Below are positions 25,334-34,146 of a stretch of DNA of 40,147 nucleotides, one piece after another. Source of the stretch: a virus (Duplodnaviria; Caudoviricetes). Each line of letters starts with the position of its first letter. Positions within the stretch are counted from its first letter, which is position 1. The translations under genes and the position numbers were made by a program. The notes under the pieces were generated by a model. The model did not search any database, was not told where the DNA came from, and worked only from the letters and a program-made list of their open reading frames with translations. The DNA is taken from positions 1 to 40,147 of the IMG/VR virus record IMGVR_UViG_3300042847_000018. One strand, 5' to 3'.

Positions 25334-27400
25334 TCAGTCGGTGGTGAAGTCGAGGACGCAGGTGCATCCGGCGGTCTCGTCGGCGCCGAGGGCGGGGTCG
25401 CCGGGCCAGGCGCCGCCGTTGGAGAACTCGGTGCCGAGGGGCACGGTCTCGCCGTCCATCTCGGGGTGCCGGGAGTTGGTGGCGGTGACGACCCAGACTT
25501 TCGAGCGGGCCCCGGCCTGGCCGGCGCCGTCGGCGAGGGAGAAGTTGCCGACGGCGGTCGAGCGGGTGGCGGCGAGTTGCACGGCCCGCACGGTGACGGC
25601 GAGGGCGAACACGGCCCGGGCACGGTCGAGCGGGGAGGGGGCGGGTTCGCCGGGTCCGGCGTCGAGGTCGGGGTCGTGCTCCTCGTCGTCGGGGTCTATG
25701 TCGGGGTCGTCGTCGTCGATGGCCGCGGCCTTGGTGCGGGCCTTGAGGCCGGTGACGGCCTCGGTGACCTGGCCGAGGGTGGTGGCCTCGATCTTCTCCG
25801 CCGCGATGCGGGCGTTGACGGTGAGCCAGCCGAGGGCCCGGTCGGGGTCGTAGGTCGATCCGAACCGCTCGGCGGCCAGGGCGCCGAGCTCGGCGTTGGC
25901 GGCCACCGCGACGCGGAGCAGGTCGGTGGCGAGCTCGCGTGTCCAGCGGTCCGGGTCGGCGCCGGCGTAGGCGTCGGTGACGGAACGCTCGGCGCCGAGG
26001 CCGGCGAGGACGACGGAACCCTGTCGCCGGAAATGCGATGCCAGAATGTCGGCGTGCGCGCGTTCCCATTGGGCGAGCGCGGCACGCGCCGCGACGGCGG
26101 CCGGGCGGGCGGCCTTGAACCGCCGGGCGGCGGCACCGTTGTCGGGCCCGGTGGCGGGTTCGATGGGCGCGGTGTCCCGTGGTGAGGCGAGGCCGCCGAC
26201 GAGGACGTTGAGGGGGGTGACGAGCTCGTCTCCGCCGTCGAGGCCGGGCAGGTTGTCCCGGGCGCGCATCTCGTTGCGGGTCATCCACGGGGCACCGACG
26301 GCGGTCGACGCCGCGGAGGCCCGTTTCTCGAACGACCCGCGGAGCTTCTCCTCGAGGTTGAACTCGAGGTAGACGTCGGCGGTGTCGGGGACGTCGGGGA
26401 GGAGTTGGAGCTCGAGGTCCTCGGTGATGAGGTCGAGCCACGGGCCGAACGTGTCGGCGTAGAGGGCGACGTGCTGTTCGTCCATGTTGGCGAAGTTCGT
26501 GTTCTCGAGGATCCCCACGAACGCGGGGGGGATGCCGTACTGGCTGGCCACCTCCTCGCGCGACAGCTTGCGGGCGCCGAGGTACTCGGCCTCGGCCGGC
26601 GAGAACGCGGCGGGCCGGTAGGTCATGCCGTCCTCGAGGATGGGGGTCTCGCCTTCGCGGCCTCCGCCGGCGGCGAACGCCGCGGCCCATCCGTCGGAGA
26701 ACCGGGTGCGGGCGGTGTCGGACCATCGGGCGCCGGCGGGGCGTTCGATGACACCGGACATGCGGGCCGCGCCCGTCCAGAACTGCTGGCGCCATTCCCC
26801 GGCCGCGGCCTCCTCGGCGAGGATGAGGCGCAGGGCCTCGAGCGGCGAGCACCCTTGGCGGGGGTCGTCGAGGTTGTGGCCGTGGAGGTGAACGACCTCA
26901 TCCGCGGCGAAGATGGCGGGCGGCCGGCCGCCGGCGGCGGCGACCCGGTAGGCGTCGGCCCGGAACCATGAGCTACCGATCGGTTCGACCCATTGCGGGG
27001 GGAGCCGGAACAGGCCGAGGCGGGTCGGGTCCTGTTGGTTGCGGACCTTGAGGAGGTAGGCGTCGTCGAACACGGCGAGGTCCTCGACGACGCCGCGGAT
27101 GAGGCGGTGCCGGGTCGTCGCGGTGTTGGGTTCACGGATGAGCTCGGTGAGGGCGTGGTCGCCGGGCAGGCGGCGGCGTTCGGTGTCGGAGACCCGGCGG
27201 TAGGCGTGGAGGCCGAGTTGCGCGATGTTGCGGCCGAGGAACCGGGTGACGAGGCGAACGTTGGGTTGGCGGCGGTAGAGCTCGGCGTAGGTGAGGGTGC
27301 GCCCGGCGTAGGTGGTGATCCCCGCGGCGGGCGGGCTCGACCATCCCCAGGCCGGCCGGTTGAGGCCGACGAGAGCTCCGGCGGATTGCAGGACGGCCAT
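25334..27400 (-). CDS. HK97-family portal protein fused to Mu gpF-like head morphogenesis domain
   Basis: Portal motifs 'GCSPL', 'ILEDGMTY', 'YGIPP', 'WMTRNEMRARDNLP'; C-terminal 'KVWVVT...SRHPEMDGETVP...WPGDP...GCTC'. Confidence 0.92.
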   Translation of the reverse strand: MAVLQSAGALVGLNRPAWGWSSPPAAGITTYAGRTLTYAELYRRQPNVRLVTRFLGRNIAQLGLHAYRRVSDTERRRLPGDHALTELIREPNTATTRHRLIRGVVEDLAVFDDAYLLKVRNQQDPTRLGLFRLPPQWVEPIGSSWFRADAYRVAAAGGRPPAIFAADEVVHLHGHNLDDPRQGCSPLEALRLILAEEAAAGEWRQQFWTGAARMSGVIERPAGARWSDTARTRFSDGWAAAFAAGGGREGETPILEDGMTYRPAAFSPAEAEYLGARKLSREEVASQYGIPPAFVGILENTNFANMDEQHVALYADTFGPWLDLITEDLELQLLPDVPDTADVYLEFNLEEKLRGSFEKRASAASTAVGAPWMTRNEMRARDNLPGLDGGDELVTPLNVLVGGLASPRDTAPIEPATGPDNGAAARRFKAARPAAVAARAALAQWERAHADILASHFRRQGSVVLAGLGAERSVTDAYAGADPDRWTRELATDLLRVAVAANAELGALAAERFGSTYDPDRALGWLTVNARIAAEKIEATTLGQVTEAVTGLKARTKAAAIDDDDPDIDPDDEEHDPDLDAGPGEPAPSPLDRARAVFALAVTVRAVQLAATRSTAVGNFSLADGAGQAGARSKVWVVTATNSRHPEMDGETVPLGTEFSNGGAWPGDPALGADETAGCTCVLDFTTD

Positions 27401-27403
27401 CGC

Positions 27404-27700
27404 CTACCAGACTCGGGTGCCGGCGTCGGGCGGCGGCGGGAGCGTGGGGAGGGCCGAGGAGAGGGGCCGGGTGTCGACGGGGAGGACCTGGACGAACTCG
27501 ACGTTGGTGGTCTCGATGATGGCCTCGCCGTCGATGGGGACCGGGTCCCGGCCGTCCTCGAGGTACTCGGCGGCCTTGAGGACGAGGAGGCCGTCGCCGG
27601 TGGCCCAGAGGATGCCACGGAGCGCGGCACCGGACTTGAGCGGTACGAGGATCCGGCGCCGCTCGACCTCAGAGAGGAGCGTCCTGTCCCGGCGTCCCAT
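27404..27700 (-). CDS. Small pre-portal protein (Sm-like fold suspected)
   Basis: 'RILVPLKSGAALRGILW...LLVLKAAEY...DGEAIIETTNVEFVQV'. Confidence 0.7.
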   Translation of the reverse strand: MGRRDRTLLSEVERRRILVPLKSGAALRGILWATGDGLLVLKAAEYLEDGRDPVPIDGEAIIETTNVEFVQVLPVDTRPLSSALPTLPPPPDAGTRVW

Positions 27701-27739
27701 GTCGACTGACGCTACCGTCCCGGCGGGCGCGGTCCGTGG

Positions 27740-28192
27740 TTAGGTGCGTCGGGTGCGTGCTCGGAGCTCGAGCTCGGCGCGGTCCGGTACGGGGCCGCCG
27801 GCCGCGGCGAGGATCTTGTAGGCGGCGACGAGAGCCTCGAGGGCGGGCAGGTCGAGACAGGCGAGGAGGAACCGGCGGGTGCCGCGGCGGTCGCCGATGA
27901 CGGTGAGCGCGGCCTCGCCGGTGTCGTGGTCGACGGCGTCGACCTGGCCGTAGGCGCCGTCGTAGCGGCCGCCGTGGATCCGTACGCGGTCGCCGGGGTG
28001 GATCCCGCGGGCGGCCTTGAACCGGCGCATCGCCGCGTTCGCTACGGCCTGAAGGGCGCCGTCGAGGAGGGCCCGTTCGGGGGGCCGGTCGACGCCGCGG
28101 GGTTCGTCGGGCCGGCGGATGTTGTGCTCGGCGATGCGGTGGGCGGCGACGAGGTCGCCGGCGAGGGCGACGAGCGGGTCCTCGGGGCTCAT
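27740..28192 (-). CDS. Hypothetical protein with KOW-like motif
   Basis: 'IHPGDRVRIHGGRYDGAYGQVDAVD'; ATGA-coupled to rep-like gene. Confidence 0.65.
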   Translation of the reverse strand: MSPEDPLVALAGDLVAAHRIAEHNIRRPDEPRGVDRPPERALLDGALQAVANAAMRRFKAARGIHPGDRVRIHGGRYDGAYGQVDAVDHDTGEAALTVIGDRRGTRRFLLACLDLPALEALVAAYKILAAAGGPVPDRAELELRARTRRT

Positions 28193-29091
28193 GCCGGGGG
28201 CCGTTCGGCGAGACGGCGGCGGAGCCGGCGGGACTCGGCCCGGCCCGTGGAGCGGACCTCGGGTTCAAGCGGGTCGAACTCGCGGCGCTGGCCGGGGGGT
28301 GCGACGTAGATGGCGGGCCGCGGTGGCGGTGGGCCGAGGCGGTCGAGGCGGGCGATGAGCGCGGCGACGGGCGAATCGGCGGTGTCGAGCTCGCGGGCGA
28401 GGGCGTTGGCGCGCACCGCGGCGGGGTGCCAGCCGAGGCGGTGGAGCTTGGCGAGGAGCTCGGCCAGGCGTCGGCGTTGTCTCGGTGTCGGGTCGGGAAG
28501 TCTCCCCCCGGCCTCGGCGAGGAGCTCGTCGACCGGGCCCACCGGTGGGGGGGGAGGGGGGAGGGAGTGTTCCCTACGTATAGAGGGGGACGAACCCGCA
28601 GGTCGCTCGCGCGGTTCTTGCGCGACCGCTCGCGCAGATTTCGCGCGAGCCACCGGGCCCGACTCGGCGTTATCCACAGGCGGGGGTGGTGGGGGCCAGG
28701 AGGCGACGACCTGGCCGTAGCAGAGGACCTCGACCGAACCGTCCTCCCGGCCCCGCTCGAAGTGGCAGGCGATGAGGCCGGCGGCCACGAGGCGCCGGCG
28801 GAGACGAATGGCGGTGTTCGGTGAGACTCCCCAGAGGTGGCCGAGGTCGCGGCCGGTGGTGCGGGGCAGGGTGCCGGTGCGCCAGTCGGCGGCGAGGACG
28901 AGCTCGAGGAGCGCGGCCCGCTCCGTGAGGTCGAGGCCGGCGGCCCGAGCGACGTCGGTGAGAGCGTCGGGGATGACCTGGACGAACCGCCGGCGGAGAG
29001 GTGTGACATGGGCCGGGGCCGGTTCGTCGGTTTCTGCCACGGCGACGGGGGTGGCGGCTGTTAGCATGAGGCCTCTTTCAGGAACCGCCAT
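28189..29091 (-). CDS. wHTH replication initiator-like protein (start uncertain)
   Basis: 'LTERAALLELVLAADWRTG...GRDLGHLWGVSPNTAIRLRRRLVAAGLI' wHTH; low-complexity linker carrying iterons; C-terminal 'DSPVAALIARLDRL'. Confidence 0.7.
   Translation of the reverse strand: MAVPERGLMLTAATPVAVAETDEPAPAHVTPLRRRFVQVIPDALTDVARAAGLDLTERAALLELVLAADWRTGTLPRTTGRDLGHLWGVSPNTAIRLRRRLVAAGLIACHFERGREDGSVEVLCYGQVVASWPPPPPPVDNAESGPVARAKSARAVAQEPRERPAGSSPSIRREHSLPPPPPPVGPVDELLAEAGGRLPDPTPRQRRRLAELLAKLHRLGWHPAAVRANALARELDTADSPVAALIARLDRLGPPPPRPAIYVAPPGQRREFDPLEPEVRSTGRAESRRLRRRLAERPPA
28607..28678. promoter_or_regulatory. Putative replication origin: two TCGCGC-N7-GCGCGA palindromic iterons plus DnaA box
   Basis: Iterons 28607-28625 and 28630-28648 (23-bp period); TTATCCACA at 28670-28678. 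Confidence 0.7.
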
Positions 29092-29167
29092 CCCTCTAGC
29101 CGGCTAAGCATCGGGGGTGGCGGTTCTTCGCGTCTCAGGTTGAAGAAGCCATGAGATTCGCGCGACC

Positions 29168-29431
29168 TCAGGTGCCGCGCGCGGATCCCTCCTCGGCGAG
29201 GCGGGCCTCGATGGTGGCGCGCCGGGCGCCCCGGTAGATGAGGAAGGCCCAGCCGAGGCCGAAGCAGTTGACGACGAGGAACAGCGCGGCGACCGCCACC
29301 CAGACGATGGGGAGGATGGAGAGCGCGAGCGGGATCGTGATGAGCTTGAGGTGGCGGGTGATGCGCCAGACGTGGCGGGTGGCGCCGGTGAAGCCGAGGG
29401 CGGACTCGCGGAAGCGGGGTGTGTTGGCCAT
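29168..29431 (-). CDS. Small membrane protein
   Basis: 87 aa with long hydrophobic core; downstream of array 2 and a CATCAT hexamer. Confidence 0.75.
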   Translation of the reverse strand: MANTPRFRESALGFTGATRHVWRITRHLKLITIPLALSILPIVWVAVAALFLVVNCFGLGWAFLIYRGARRATIEARLAEEGSARGT

Positions 29432-29474
29432 GGTCTACGTGTCGGTCCGGGCGGGGCCCGCCATGATGGGTCGC

Positions 29475-29586
29475 ACGTCCCGACGTGGCCACGTGCCCAC
29501 ATCGCCACGTCGGGACGTGCCCATATCGTGATGTCCCCACGTGGTCACGTCGGCATGTCGCCAGGTCGGCACCTGGCCACGTGGGG
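29475..29586. repeat. ACGT-N4 8-bp periodic array 2 (14 units, longest, intergenic)
   Basis: acgtcccg acgtggcc acgtgccc acatcgcc acgtcggg acgtgccc atatcgtg atgtcccc acgtggtc acgtcggc atgtcgcc aggtcggc acctggcc acgtgggg. Confidence 0.95.
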
Positions 29587-29588
29587 GC

Positions 29589-31415
29589 CTAGGCGGTGGC
29601 GAGGCCGTGGTCCTCGTAGGCGGAGGGGGTCTCCTCGCCGGTGGCCCGGGCCCAGGCGTCGACGGCCATGGTGAGCGCGACGAACGGGTCGATGCGCCCG
29701 GTGGAGTGGTCCCGGTCGGGTTTCACGTTGCCCGCGGCGTCGCCGACGACGGCGAGGGATTTCACGGAGTACCGGAGGAGCCGGTTGCCGCCGTGGCGGA
29801 TCCGCCGGGCGAGGACGAGGGCCTCGAGCTCGCGCAGGGCGGGGGACATGGAGGCGTATCCCTGGCCCATCTCGAACGGGTTGAGGCCGCCGTCGCGCAG
29901 GTGGCCGAGGATCTGTTTGGATCCCCACCGGTCGAAATGGAGGCGGACGATCTCGAACCGGTCGGCGAGGAGGTAGGCCTCGGCCTCGATGGCGTCGTAG
30001 TCGAGGGCCTTGCCGGGGGTGGTGAGGAGCTCGCCGGAGGCGATGAGCTCGGCGAAGAGGGCCCGCTCCCGGGGCGGGCGGTCCTCGAGGGTGTCGGCGG
30101 GGATCCACGCGCGGACGATGGTCTCGAGGACCTCGACCTCGTAGTCGGGGTCGTCGGGGTCGACGTCCCACCGGGGCACGACGAGGACGAGCGCGGCGAG
30201 GTCCCGGGAGGAGGCCAGGTCGAGGCCGCCGTAGGCGACGGCGCCGGCGAGCTCGGCCTCGGCGGGGGAGACGAACGCGCCGGACGCGGCCCAGTCCTCG
30301 ACGGAGAGCCAGCGCGAGAGGGCCGAGGTGCGGACGTTGAGGTGGAGTCGGCAGAACGAGAGGCGTTTGCGTTCGGAGCGGGCGGCGGCCTTGGCCTCGG
30401 CGACGAGGAAGTCGAGGGCGACGGTGCGGCCGAGGCCGGGGTTGGTGGCGGCCCAGACGTCGGGGTCGTCCCACCGGTCGAGGTCGGTCTCGGCGGCGGC
30501 GTAGATGACGACGTGCCAGGTGGAGTCGGTGACCTCGCCGGTTGCGCAGGCCTCGGCGAAGTTGCGGAGCTCGGTGTAGGGGGTGCCGTCCTGGTCGAGG
30601 CCGGCGGTGGTGAGGAACACGGCGAGGGGTTGGTCCCGCGCTGGTGTCGAGGAGGTGAGGGTCTCGATGAGGCGGGGGTCGCGGTGCACGTGGATCTCGT
30701 CGATGACGAGGCCCGACGCGTTGAGGCCCATCTTCTCCTCGGCCTTCTCGGGGGCGCCGGAGACGACCTCGAACCGGCTGAAGGTGCGTTCGTAGATGAC
30801 GGCCTTGTCGGCCAGGAACGCGAGGCGGTTGCGCAGGGACGGGGAGCGGCGGGCCATGGCCTCGGCGGGGCGGAACACTTCCTTGGCCTGGCGGGTGGTG
30901 GTGGCCGCGGAGTAGACCTCGGCGCCGGGTTCGTAGAGGCGGCCGGCGGCGAGGTTGGAGTCGGCGACCAACAGGAACAGGGCGATGGCGGAGGCGAGGG
31001 TCGACTTGCCGTTCTTGCGGGGGACCTCGACCCAGAGGGTTCGGTAGAGGCGGAACCCGTCCGGCCGGCGCCATCCGAACGTGGGCGCGAGGACGTAGAT
31101 GACCTGCCAGAGGTCGGGCACCAACCGGGCGCCGGCCCACCGGCCTTTGACGTGGCGCAGGCGCCCGGCGAACTCGAGGAACCGGCGGACCTCGTCGGGG
31201 GCGAACGTGAGGCCGAGGCGCCGGCGGGTCTGGCGGTTGGGGGCCGGCGTGGTGAACGCGGGGGGGACGCAGGCGTCGAGCTCGGCGTCGAGGTCGTCGT
31301 AGAGGGCCAGGTCGACGAGGAGGTCCTCGAGGCCGGGGAGGGCGGCGAGGTCGGCGCGGACCCGGGCCCGGCGGGCCTCGGTATCCTCAGGCCCCGTAGA
31401 ACGCTCGGTCGCCAT
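29589..31415 (-). CDS. terL: Terminase large subunit
   Basis: 'VPRKNGKS', 'LVIDEIH', 'LTTAG', 'YGGLDLASSRDL', 'RIDPFVA'. Confidence 0.97.
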   Translation of the reverse strand: MATERSTGPEDTEARRARVRADLAALPGLEDLLVDLALYDDLDAELDACVPPAFTTPAPNRQTRRRLGLTFAPDEVRRFLEFAGRLRHVKGRWAGARLVPDLWQVIYVLAPTFGWRRPDGFRLYRTLWVEVPRKNGKSTLASAIALFLLVADSNLAAGRLYEPGAEVYSAATTTRQAKEVFRPAEAMARRSPSLRNRLAFLADKAVIYERTFSRFEVVSGAPEKAEEKMGLNASGLVIDEIHVHRDPRLIETLTSSTPARDQPLAVFLTTAGLDQDGTPYTELRNFAEACATGEVTDSTWHVVIYAAAETDLDRWDDPDVWAATNPGLGRTVALDFLVAEAKAAARSERKRLSFCRLHLNVRTSALSRWLSVEDWAASGAFVSPAEAELAGAVAYGGLDLASSRDLAALVLVVPRWDVDPDDPDYEVEVLETIVRAWIPADTLEDRPPRERALFAELIASGELLTTPGKALDYDAIEAEAYLLADRFEIVRLHFDRWGSKQILGHLRDGGLNPFEMGQGYASMSPALRELEALVLARRIRHGGNRLLRYSVKSLAVVGDAAGNVKPDRDHSTGRIDPFVALTMAVDAWARATGEETPSAYEDHGLATA

Positions 31416-31944
31416 GGTCTCCGCCGTCTCCCTCGTCGCCGGGGAGCGGCTGGCCGCCGGCGGCCGGGCGGATCCCGATGCGGGCTTGAGGGGTGAGACC
31501 GAACTCGTGGGCCCACCGTTCGTAGGAGCGTTGGGCGGTGTCGAACACGAGGAGCGCGGGGTGCCGTTTGCGGCCGGCGTGGGCGGGGTCGGCGACGATG
31601 AGCTCGTGGCGGTGGGTGCGGTCGTCGGGGGTGCCGTCGGCCTTGCGGGGCCGCATCTCGTCGAGGGCCTCCCGGGCCAGGGCGTAGCACTCGCACATGA
31701 GCCGGAACGCGCCCCGGTCGAGGACGGTGAGCAGGCCGAGGGCGTCGAGCTCGGGGGCGTGCAGGGCCCAGCATTCCCGGGCGTAGGGCGACAGGTCGCC
31801 CGGCGGGGTCGCGGCCCGCACTAGCTGAGGTTGCGGCGTCGACTCGCGGCGGGCCTCGATCTCCTCGCGGGACAGTTTCGACGGGTTCCCGCGGAGCTCG
31901 ATGACCTCCGCGGACAGCGGTGGCCGGCCGTTGCGTCGGGCCAT
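31387..31944 (-). CDS. terS: Terminase small subunit, P27 family
   Basis: 'GRPP...ELRGNPSK', 'PPGDLSPYARECW', 'HPAL', 'EFGLTPQAR'. Confidence 0.92.
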   Translation of the reverse strand: MARRNGRPPLSAEVIELRGNPSKLSREEIEARRESTPQPQLVRAATPPGDLSPYARECWALHAPELDALGLLTVLDRGAFRLMCECYALAREALDEMRPRKADGTPDDRTHRHELIVADPAHAGRKRHPALLVFDTAQRSYERWAHEFGLTPQARIGIRPAAGGQPLPGDEGDGGDHGDRAFYGA

Positions 31945-31946
31945 GG

Positions 31947-32159
31947 TCAGGACCTCCGGGTCGTGGGGAGGAGCTCGTCGGCGTTGACGAGGCGGCCCCG
32001 GCCGCCGTGGCGGAGGTGGGCGTGCGCCCGGGCGATGGGGACCACGTCCTCGACGCTACGGCGCCGTTCGACGAGCGGGCCGCAGACCGAGCACGCGAGG
32101 CGCCAGAGACGGCCGGAGTAGTGCCGATACGGGATGGCGACGAGGGTCGGGTCGCTCAT
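31947..32159 (-). CDS. Small Zn-finger-like protein
   Basis: CSVC ... HAHLRH motif. Confidence 0.6.
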   Translation of the reverse strand: MSDPTLVAIPYRHYSGRLWRLACSVCGPLVERRRSVEDVVPIARAHAHLRHGGRGRLVNADELLPTTRRS

Positions 32160-32254
32160 GGCCGGGTCGAGGTGAGGAGCCAGACGAGGACGACGGCGAT
32201 GAGGACCATGGCCGCGAGCGCGACCGGGTCGGGCCGGCGGGTCGGGGCAGGCAT
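32156..32254 (-). CDS. Tiny membrane peptide (32 aa)
   Basis: MPAPTRRPDPVALAAMVLIAVVLVWLLTSTRP; TAGGCT 7 nt upstream; ATGA coupling. Confidence 0.5.
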   Translation of the reverse strand: MPAPTRRPDPVALAAMVLIAVVLVWLLTSTRP

Positions 32255-32299
32255 GGGTCAGAGCCTACGGGCGGCCCGTGACGCCGAACCGGGATGGCC

Positions 32300-32347
32300 A
32301 CGTCCCGACGTGAGGACGTGAGGACGTGGCCATGTCACGACGTGGGG
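32300..32347. repeat. ACGT-N4 array 3 (6 units)
   Basis: acgtcccg acgtgagg acgtgagg acgtggcc atgtcacg acgtgggg. Confidence 0.9.
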
Positions 32348-32538
32348 ACGACCTCGTCGACCCGCTCGGCGAGGCGGCGCAGCACGGCGGCCAGGTCGAC
32401 GCCGGCCGGCGCCATGAGGTGGACGCCGGCAAGGCGGATCACGGGGAACGGGCCCTCCTCGTCGCCGGGGTTCAGGTGGACGACGGCGGCGTCGACGTCG
32501 TGGGCGTCGAAGATGACGGAGACGTAGGGGGCGCTCAT
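32335..32538 (-). CDS. Hypothetical protein
   Basis: 67 aa ending VPTS within array 3. Confidence 0.65.
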   Translation of the reverse strand: MSAPYVSVIFDAHDVDAAVVHLNPGDEEGPFPVIRLAGVHLMAPAGVDLAAVLRRLAERVDEVVPTS

Positions 32539-32879
32539 GGGGCGTCGGCCCCGCGGCGCACGTCGGCGGCGCAGTCGAGGACCTCGCGCAGGGTGGCGAG
32601 GTCGACCTCGTCGAGGTGGAGGGGCACGAGGCCGGCGCCGCCGTCGAGGTCGCGGTACATGGGGCGGTTCTCGTCGAACTCACCGGCGTCGGGGTCGTAG
32701 ACGTCGAGCTCGGCGGCGAGACCCAGGACGAGGCGGACTAGGTCGACGGCGCCGGTGTCGAGGACGGCGGCGACCTGGCGGTAGTGCTCGACGTCGGCGC
32801 AGACCTCGCCGGGAGCGAGCCAGTGGGCGCCCTCGCCGTGCTGGTCGGCGTGGGCGCAGAGGATGCGGTCGGTGGTCAT
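32535..32879 (-). CDS. Hypothetical protein
   Basis: 114 aa, ATGA couplings on both sides. Confidence 0.65.
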   Translation of the reverse strand: MTTDRILCAHADQHGEGAHWLAPGEVCADVEHYRQVAAVLDTGAVDLVRLVLGLAAELDVYDPDAGEFDENRPMYRDLDGGAGLVPLHLDEVDLATLREVLDCAADVRRGADAP

Positions 32880-33361
32880 CGGGTTCCTTCGGTGGGGACG
32901 AGACGGGCGCCGCCGTCAAGGTGGTCGGCGGCGTAGCGGGCGTGGCCGGCGCACATTCGGACGACGGGTTCGCCGTCGTGGTGGACCTCGTAGGCGACGG
33001 GTTCGGAACAGGGCAGGCCGGCCCGGTCGTAGTCCCACGCGCGGGCGCATCCCCGCACGGTGCAGGCCGAGCGGCCGCCGGAGCTCGTCAACGTGGCGCC
33101 GTGGTCGGGGCAGACTCCCCAGTCGGCGGGACACTCGGAACGGGCCCGGATCCGGGCGAGGTCCTCGGCGGTGTCCTCGAGGCCGGTGCCGGCCCGGCGG
33201 AGCTCGCCGACGAGGTCGTCGAGGCGGTAGGTGGCCCGCCGCGTCGGTTCGTCGCCGGCGGCCCGCATCGTGACCGCCGCGGTGGCCACGGCCTCGGCGA
33301 GCTCGGCGGCCTGGCCGGCGAGGGCCCGCATGGTCGCCGGCGTCACCTCGGCGGCGGTCAC
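32876..33361 (-). CDS. Hypothetical protein, helical N-terminus plus Cys/His-rich domain
   Basis: 'CPADWGVCPDHG...CTVRGC...PCSEP...MCAGH'. Confidence 0.7.
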   Translation of the reverse strand: MTAAEVTPATMRALAGQAAELAEAVATAAVTMRAAGDEPTRRATYRLDDLVGELRRAGTGLEDTAEDLARIRARSECPADWGVCPDHGATLTSSGGRSACTVRGCARAWDYDRAGLPCSEPVAYEVHHDGEPVVRMCAGHARYAADHLDGGARLVPTEGTR

Positions 33362-33810
33362 CGGGGCACCTCCTCGGCGACGTCGGGACGTGGCGACGTG
33401 GGGACGTCGGGACATGGGGACGTGGCGACGAGAGCGGCGCGGGCCTCGTCGAGCTCGGCGTCGAGGGCGTCGAGGACGGGGACGAGCACGGCGCCGGCCG
33501 CCGGCGGGATGGCACCGGGCGCGAACCCTCGGCCGGTGAGGCCGAGCCAGACGACGATGACGACCCGCGGCCAGGCCGGCCCTCCGCCGACGGTCCACAG
33601 TGAGGCGGGGAGGAGGGAGCGTTGGCGCCACTTGTCGACGGTCGGGCGGCCGACGCCGGCGAGGGCGGCCACCTCGGGGATGCCGAGGGGTGCCGTCCAG
33701 TAGGCGGCCGGCCCGGCGTCGAGGTGGACGAGGACCCGCTCGAGAAGCTTGCCGGCGTCGAGGGCGGCGGCCAGGGCGGCGGAGTCGGCGCGCCCCGGGC
33801 CCGACCTCAT
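33358..33810 (-). CDS. AlpA/excisionase-like HTH DNA-binding protein
   Basis: 'LGIPEVAALAGVGRPTVDKWRQRSLLP...VGGGPAW'. Confidence 0.75.
   Translation of the reverse strand: MRSGPGRADSAALAAALDAGKLLERVLVHLDAGPAAYWTAPLGIPEVAALAGVGRPTVDKWRQRSLLPASLWTVGGGPAWPRVVIVVWLGLTGRGFAPGAIPPAAGAVLVPVLDALDAELDEARAALVATSPCPDVPTSPRPDVAEEVPR
33380..33427. repeat. ACGT-N4 array 4 (6 units)
   Basis: acgtcggg acgtggcg acgtgggg acgtcggg acatgggg acgtggcg. Confidence 0.9.
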
Positions 33811-33977
33811 CGGCCGGCCTCGAGGAGGCCGGCGACCTCGAGCCAGAGCTCGCGGTCGGCGAGCTCGCCGGCGTCGACGAGGCGACGCGTGGTGGCGGCG
33901 ACCTCGGCCCGCCGGGCCGCCGTGCGGCCGTAGGCCTGTTCGGCGGCGATGCGGTGGGCGAGCGTGTTGGTGGCCAT
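33807..33977 (-). CDS. Hypothetical protein (56 aa)
   Basis: MATNTLAHRIAAEQ..., strong RBS gaggagg. Confidence 0.7.
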   Translation of the reverse strand: MATNTLAHRIAAEQAYGRTAARRAEVAATTRRLVDAGELADRELWLEVAGLLEAGR

Positions 33978-34026
33978 CGTGGCCCTCCTCGGGGATCCGG
34001 TGAGGCCGGCGGTCCCGGCCTCTCGG

Positions 34027-34073
34027 TGTCCAGTGTGACAGGACACCTAGCCTCTGTCCAGAGGTTCGGGACA
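34027..34073. promoter_or_regulatory. Tandem operators TGTCC-N9-GGACA
   Basis: 34027-34045 and 34055-34073, 28-bp period, intergenic upstream of HTH operon. Confidence 0.7.
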
Positions 34074-34106
34074 CAATGAGTCGGGAGGCCTACAGGCCGG
34101 GTCCCG

Positions 34107-34146
34107 ACATGGCCACGTCCTCACGTCCCGACGTGCTCACGTGGGG
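34107..34146. repeat. ACGT-N4 array 5 (5 units)
   Basis: acatggcc acgtcctc acgtcccg acgtgctc acgtgggg. Confidence 0.88.

Noticed and set aside
29475-29586. ACGT arrays as CRISPR or simple VNTR
   Set aside because: Units are 8 bp with no 25-45 bp spacers and no cas operon; spacers differ between neighbours, unlike slippage repeats.
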